This document shows positions 15,856 through 20,000 of a DNA stretch of 20,000 bases, one piece after another. The first letter of the stretch is position 1. Each line of letters opens with the position of its first letter. Below the pieces are notes generated by a model, which saw nothing but the letters and a program-made list of their open reading frames with translations, had not been told where the DNA came from and ran no database searches. The stretch comes from an uncultured virus (IMG/VR IMGVR_UViG_3300044719_000152) (lineage: Duplodnaviria; Heunggongvirae; Uroviricota; Caudoviricetes): IMG/VR virus record IMGVR_UViG_3300044719_000152, one strand, 5' to 3'. The position numbers and the translations under genes were made by a program.

Positions 15856-16160
15856 ATCACCACCCGCTGATAGCGGGGGCACCGCGGACTACGATGCTCC
15901 GACGGCGGAGTCGGTGCGGGCTGTTCGCGCTGATCTGTGCTCGACTCCGCCGCCTCCGACTTGGCCTGCTCGCCGCACCGGCGGCAGCGCGGGATGCGGT
16001 CGAGATCTGGGTTGCGGGACACCGGCACCCACGCGCGGCGCCGCACTCCGCACAGCGCAGTCGCGGTCCAGGCTCGGCCTCGTGGCGTGAGGTGGTGCTG
16101 GCACTCGATCGTGACGTTGCAGGCGAAAGGCAGGTTGACGAACCATCCGGCAACGGTCAT
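15852..16160 (-). CDS. Cys/His-rich hypothetical protein coupled to the integrase
   Basis: H...ALCG...RCRRC zinc-binding pattern; ATGA overlap with the integrase stop. Confidence 0.6.
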   Translation of the reverse strand: MTVAGWFVNLPFACNVTIECQHHLTPRGRAWTATALCGVRRRAWVPVSRNPDLDRIPRCRRCGEQAKSEAAESSTDQREQPAPTPPSEHRSPRCPRYQRVVI

Positions 16161-17398
16161 GCCTGGTCCGTATCGGGCACGTACATGTTGTCGATGGCGT
16201 CCACCAGATTGGGGTTGTCAAGGTGGCGACCCATGTAGGTGTCGTAGGTGTCCTTGATTGAGTCCTTTCCGACCCAGTCGGAGATCTCGCGGGCTGTGAA
16301 TCCGGCGGCGTCCAGATTGGTGATCATCGTCTTGCGGCCGATATGACTGACGAAGTCGTCGAAGCCGATCCGTTCCCTGAGTTCTTGGATCTCGCCCGAG
16401 GTGTTGTTCGGGTCACGCCAGCGCAGCTTGCCGTTGGGGAAGACCGGCTCGTCGCCGGGGGCCTCCGCCGGCTTGCGCACCAGGAGCATCATGTAGACCA
16501 CTTCCGGCATGCGGCGGATACGGTTGGATGCCTTCGCCTTCGGCGGGTGGCGGACCAGCCCCTTCCCCTTGACGCGGACGATCGTTCCGTTGAGCCAGAT
16601 ATGCCTCGGCGGAATGGTTCGGTACACGCCTGGCTTCCAAGGGTCTTCGACTTTGATCGGCTCGTCGGTCAAGTTGACGTATTTCCACTGCACCGCGAAC
16701 GCCTCGCCGATTCGCACGGCCATGTAGAACACGAAGCGAAGTAGGTCGTTGAGGCCAGACCGTTTTGCCTTGGCGTCCGCGTCGGCCGCTTCGAAGAACG
16801 CCGCTGCGCGCTTCTTGTCGTAGGCGGTCGGCTCCTTCAGCGGACCGCCCTCGATGTCCTCCAGTTCGGCGACCGGGTTGTGGGTGAACACCCCGTGGAG
16901 CACCGCGACCTGCATGACGCCGCTGACGATGGCCCGGATCGCGCGGCGCGTGTTCGGTGCCAGCGGAGTGCCGCGGCGGGACTCAGCGGTCTCCAGCTTC
17001 TCGAAGTACCGGTTGAGGCGGGCTGGCGTGCACTCGCGGAGCAGGTACTCGCCGAGGTATGGCAGCACCCACTTGTCCGTGTACCGCCGCTTGGTGTCGT
17101 AGGTGCTGCCGCGCCGCTTGCGCTCGATCTTGTCGAGGTAGATCTGTGCGGCCTGCTTGAAGCGGTCGGTGCCCGTGAGGTCCTCGCCACCCTTGCCCTG
17201 GAGGTTGGTGAGGTGCTCCTTGAGGTTGGCCTTGGCCTTCGCCTCGGTCGGCCCCCGCCGCTCCTCGGGGCGGGTGACGCCGTCCTCGTGCCGGTAGCGG
17301 CAGCCGGCGCGCCAGTAGGCTGCCGTCTTGCCGTTCGCCGCGACCAGCATCGTCCAGATCTCGCCGTACGTGCCGATGGCGAGCGGCGGTCTTGCCAT
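16157..17398 (-). CDS. int: Tyrosine recombinase/integrase (413 aa)
   Basis: MARPPLAIGTYGEI start after GGAGG; catalytic R (AVRIGEAFAVQW), K (PKAKAS), HxxR (HIGRK) and Y (TYDTYMGR); next to a tRNA 3' fragment. Confidence 0.95.
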   Translation of the reverse strand: MARPPLAIGTYGEIWTMLVAANGKTAAYWRAGCRYRHEDGVTRPEERRGPTEAKAKANLKEHLTNLQGKGGEDLTGTDRFKQAAQIYLDKIERKRRGSTYDTKRRYTDKWVLPYLGEYLLRECTPARLNRYFEKLETAESRRGTPLAPNTRRAIRAIVSGVMQVAVLHGVFTHNPVAELEDIEGGPLKEPTAYDKKRAAAFFEAADADAKAKRSGLNDLLRFVFYMAVRIGEAFAVQWKYVNLTDEPIKVEDPWKPGVYRTIPPRHIWLNGTIVRVKGKGLVRHPPKAKASNRIRRMPEVVYMMLLVRKPAEAPGDEPVFPNGKLRWRDPNNTSGEIQELRERIGFDDFVSHIGRKTMITNLDAAGFTAREISDWVGKDSIKDTYDTYMGRHLDNPNLVDAIDNMYVPDTDQA

Positions 17399-17500
17399 GG
17401 TGCCTCCCCGGTCCCCAGGGGTTTCCGCTGGGTTTCCGCTGATTCGGACTACGATAAGCGTCCCGACAGGGAGATCACAATGGCTCTGACCAGGCGAAAC

Positions 17501-17531
17501 TGTAGGGCGGGTGGGGCTCGAACCCACGACC
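17501..17531 (-). other. att site core: tRNA 3' fragment (T-arm and acceptor 3' strand), probably of a CAT-anticodon Ile2/Met tRNA
   Basis: The minus strand reads GGTCGTGGGTTCGAGCCCCACCCGCCCTACA: stem GTGGG/CCCAC with a TTCGAGC loop, then CCGCCCT-A. No anticodon or D arm upstream. tRNA identity is from recollection only. Confidence 0.8.
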
Positions 17532-17710
17532 TGACAGGTCATTGGCAATGTCGGGAGCCATACGGTACCACGCGGATTCTCGCTTGTCGGGCTCCGTACC
17601 AGTCCGCACCGGTCCCTATCGATCGCCGGTCACTCGCAACCATAAACGCTGGTTTAACGCTGGTGTTGATCTTTCCTGATGGGTGCGGGAAAGGCCCCTC
17701 GAACCCCTGG

Positions 17711-17932
17711 CTAGGACGCGCCTGTCCGGCGTCGCTGGGCGAGGCCGCGCGCCTCGATAAGCGCCACGATGAGCTGGTCGATCTGCTCCGGTTCCCACGT
17801 GGTCGGGCCCACGATCGGCGGCACCAACCGCACCAAGCCGCCCGGCGTCACCTCGATGTTGTGAACCCGCGGGCGACCGGCTTCGTCACGGCATGGGCGG
17901 GTCCAGCGGATGACGTCGGGCTGCTCGCTCAC
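17711..17932 (-). CDS. Hypothetical protein (73 aa)
   Basis: GAGG RBS and GTG start; last gene of a co-oriented run. Confidence 0.7.
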   Translation of the reverse strand: MSEQPDVIRWTRPCRDEAGRPRVHNIEVTPGGLVRLVPPIVGPTTWEPEQIDQLIVALIEARGLAQRRRTGAS

Positions 17933-17939
17933 ACAAGCC

Positions 17940-18194
17940 TCACGTGAGAATGATCGGCGCCGGCCCGAGTGGGTCTGCGGCGCGTTCGAGCTCCTGGAGC
18001 GTCGTCATGCAGCACGACCCGGCTCGGTCCAGAGTGGGCTCGAGCGCGTCCCGCGGGTGCTCGATCCCGCAGAGGGTCGTAACCATCAACTGCTCGTCAT
18101 CCTCGGCCACTTCGACGATGTGCACGGTGTCGTCGACACCAGTTGTCCGCTTGAGCCGGACGAGGGCGACCAGCCTCGGCGTGCGCTCGGTCAT
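17940..18194 (-). CDS. Hypothetical protein with an H...LCG...CC motif (84 aa)
   Basis: MTERTPRLVALVRL... after a GGGGAG RBS; shorter than the track ORF. Confidence 0.7.
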   Translation of the reverse strand: MTERTPRLVALVRLKRTTGVDDTVHIVEVAEDDEQLMVTTLCGIEHPRDALEPTLDRAGSCCMTTLQELERAADPLGPAPIILT

Positions 18195-18210
18195 CGTTCT
18201 TCTCCCCTGC

Positions 18211-18729
18211 TCATTTACGCGAACCAGATCGGTGCCTGCGGTGCTCACTGCCCCCACCGCGGGGACGGAGTTCGACACCGGCGCCGAGAAGCAGTCGGCG
18301 CACCGTGCCGAAACTGCTATCGGTCTGCTCGGCCAAATCGTCAAGCGATGCGCCGGCCTCGTACTGCTCGGCCAGCTCCGAGGCATCGAGGTCTTCGCGG
18401 CGTGTCCACTTCGTCAGCTCGACGCCGGCCTGGCGGAGACGCTCGCGGATCGCCCGTTCGTCGATGCCGGTCACCAGCCGGAGTTCCTTCACCGGCACGC
18501 CCCGCCTGAAGCGGCGGGCGAGCAGGGCGGTCACTTCGTCGTCGGGCAAGCCGATCAGCAGCCATCTGGAGCACACGCCGCCCTCGGCGAGCAACTGGCG
18601 GACCGTGCGCGGCCGGCGCTCGATGCCGAGGGCGAGGGCGGTGACAGTGACGTGCTCGGTGCGGAAGCGGTGCGCCAGACGCTGAGCGAGCTCGGCGCGA
18701 CGCTGGCCGCGCAGGCGAGCAGTGGTCAC
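18211..18729 (-). CDS. Multi-HTH DNA-binding protein (172 aa)
   Basis: Three HTH-like units, e.g. LAEQYEAGASLDDLAEQTDSSFGTVRRLLLGAGVELRPRGG; GTGA overlap with the upstream gene. Confidence 0.8.
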   Translation of the reverse strand: MTTARLRGQRRAELAQRLAHRFRTEHVTVTALALGIERRPRTVRQLLAEGGVCSRWLLIGLPDDEVTALLARRFRRGVPVKELRLVTGIDERAIRERLRQAGVELTKWTRREDLDASELAEQYEAGASLDDLAEQTDSSFGTVRRLLLGAGVELRPRGGGSEHRRHRSGSRK

Positions 18730-18947
18730 AGCATGTCCGGGTGCAGGAGCGCGTTCCCCTTGACGATCATCAGGTTGAAGACGTTGGCAACCATCTGCTT
18801 GCCGTCGGACTCCTCGACGTCGCGCAGGTACGCCATCGCTCCATCGACGTCGTTGCAACCGATCATGCCGATGACCATCTCGGTGTGGGCGCGGCATCGG
18901 TTGCCGAGACGCCGCTGCTCCTCGGTGGGTTCCTGATCCGCGTTCAT
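18726..18947 (-). CDS. Hypothetical protein (73 aa)
   Basis: ATGA and GTGA overlaps with its neighbours. Confidence 0.7.
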   Translation of the reverse strand: MNADQEPTEEQRRLGNRCRAHTEMVIGMIGCNDVDGAMAYLRDVEESDGKQMVANVFNLMIVKGNALLHPDML

Positions 18948-19348
18948 GAGTTGGCGCTCGCAGTCTGGTCAGCGGGGTGGTGCCGGTCGTCCCGAACGGG
19001 TGCGCGCGGGCCCGGGACGGCCGGAGTTTCGGCGTTGGGGTGGAGGAGCCGGTCGAGCCAGGACGGGCGTCGGTGGCGATGAACGCCGAGCCGTTCGTTC
19101 ATGGGCCGCATCGACTCGCGGGCGGCAAGGAACGCGACGCACCGGGGGCAGCGCGGACCCGGGGGTTCCTCCATCGGGGCCAGCAGGACGACGGCACCGC
19201 ACACGGCCTCCGGTTCCGGGCGATGCTCGGCGAACTCCTCGTCCGTGATCGCGTGGTCCTGGCCGTCGCTGGCCGTCATCCACGCGGTGAACAGGCGCTC
19301 AGGCGCGCAAGGGCCAATGACCAGCTGGGGTGGCTCGTCGGATGCCAT
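18944..19348 (-). CDS. Zinc-finger-like hypothetical protein
   Basis: DGQDHAI...AVCG...PGPRCPRC; GAGAGGA RBS. Confidence 0.75.
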   Translation of the reverse strand: MASDEPPQLVIGPCAPERLFTAWMTASDGQDHAITDEEFAEHRPEPEAVCGAVVLLAPMEEPPGPRCPRCVAFLAARESMRPMNERLGVHRHRRPSWLDRLLHPNAETPAVPGPRAPVRDDRHHPADQTASANS

Positions 19349-19503
19349 GTCCAGTCCTCTCGATCACTACGGAGGCCAGTCTCAACCGTTTTGACCTGCG
19401 GAAACACAGCCGGAAGGCCGGGAAAGCGTGGCACCCTCGACGCGAACCCTGCCTCTAAGGCAGGGAAACGGCGGCTCTGGCCGGCCAGGTAGCCTCGCGC
19501 GCT

Positions 19504-20000
19504 GTGGACCTGTTGCCCTTCGAGGAGTACGCGGCGCAACTCAATCGCAAGCGCACCCCAGCCGGGGTGTTGATCCGCGCCGCCAACGCCCGGGTGCTGC
19601 TCGTGCAGACCTCCTACGCGCCACCTGGCATCGACGAGAACTGGGAGATACCCGGTGGCGCGGGGGAGGCTGACGAGTCGCCTTGGGCGACGGCAGCGCG
19701 GGAGGTGCGCGAAGAACTCGGCGTTGACCGCCAGCTCGGGCGCCTTCTGGTGATCGACCACGTGCCGCAGGAAGGTCCCATGCCGGAGGGGCTGGCGTTC
19801 ATCTTCGACGGCGGGGTCATCACGGACGCCGAGGTCGCCGCGCTCGAACTGCCCGATCCGGAGATCACCTCCGCTGGTCTATTCACGCTCGACGAGGCAG
19901 CCGACCGGGTGAAACCTGCCCTGGTGGCCCGGATCCACGCAGCGCTGGATGCCCTGGCCACGGGCGCAATCGCCCTGTGCGAAGACGGCAAACGCGTGTT
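19504..20000 (+). CDS. NUDIX hydrolase, 3' end beyond the window edge
   Basis: Not in the ORF track. From GTG 19504: MDLLPFEEYAAQLNRKR...WEIPGGAGEADESPWATAAREVREELG, a Nudix box Gx5Ex7REUxEExG. TAGCCT lies 8 nt upstream and there is no RBS, suggesting a leaderless mRNA. Confidence 0.92.
   Translation, partial: MDLLPFEEYAAQLNRKRTPAGVLIRAANARVLLVQTSYAPPGIDENWEIPGGAGEADESPWATAAREVREELGVDRQLGRLLVIDHVPQEGPMPEGLAFIFDGGVITDAEVAALELPDPEITSAGLFTLDEAADRVKPALVARIHAALDALATGAIALCEDGKRV

Larger units (their letters stand above)
1..17531. mobile_element. Temperate phage/prophage segment (portal to integrase/att); continues left and possibly right
   Basis: Portal, terminase, HNH-like gene, dense small overlapping ORFs, integrase and tRNA-derived att core. 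Confidence 0.9.

Noticed and set aside
17399..17548. 50-aa N-terminal extension of the integrase in the ORF track
   Set aside because: It translates through the tRNA fragment (VVGSSPT); ATG 17398 has a GGAGG RBS and a family-typical start.
17501..17580. Complete tRNA gene
   Set aside because: Only the T-arm and acceptor 3' strand are present; no anticodon arm, D arm or 5' acceptor strand.
1..20000. CRISPR array, rRNA, IS element or reverse transcriptase
   Set aside because: No repeat-spacer array or matching motifs seen.

Overview
High-GC actinobacterial temperate-phage region; the host is probably Pseudonocardiaceae-like (inference from gene content). A leftward packaging operon (6174 to <1) encodes small proteins, an HTH terminase small subunit candidate, an HNH-like protein, a Mec-like JAB/JAMM metallopeptidase, the terminase large subunit and the 5' part of a portal gene. 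Divergent from it is a gapless 16-gene operon (6364-14024): an excisionase-like HTH gene, one GT4 and two GT2 glycosyltransferases, a SAM methyltransferase and an extended-SDR nucleotide-sugar epimerase, interleaved with small unknown genes. It ends at a hairpin shared with a convergent pair of a stand-alone UTRA protein and a GntR/HutC regulator. Next come a tyrosine integrase, an att-like tRNA 3' fragment flanked by repeats, and small HTH/Cys-rich genes plus a NUDIX hydrolase running off the right edge. Best novelty candidates: the phage glycan-modification operon, the orphan Mec-like JAB peptidase in the packaging module together with a Gly-Gly-ending protein, the UTRA/GntR pair, and an attP-like or tandem-junction site. 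No database searches were run; family calls come from motif recognition.
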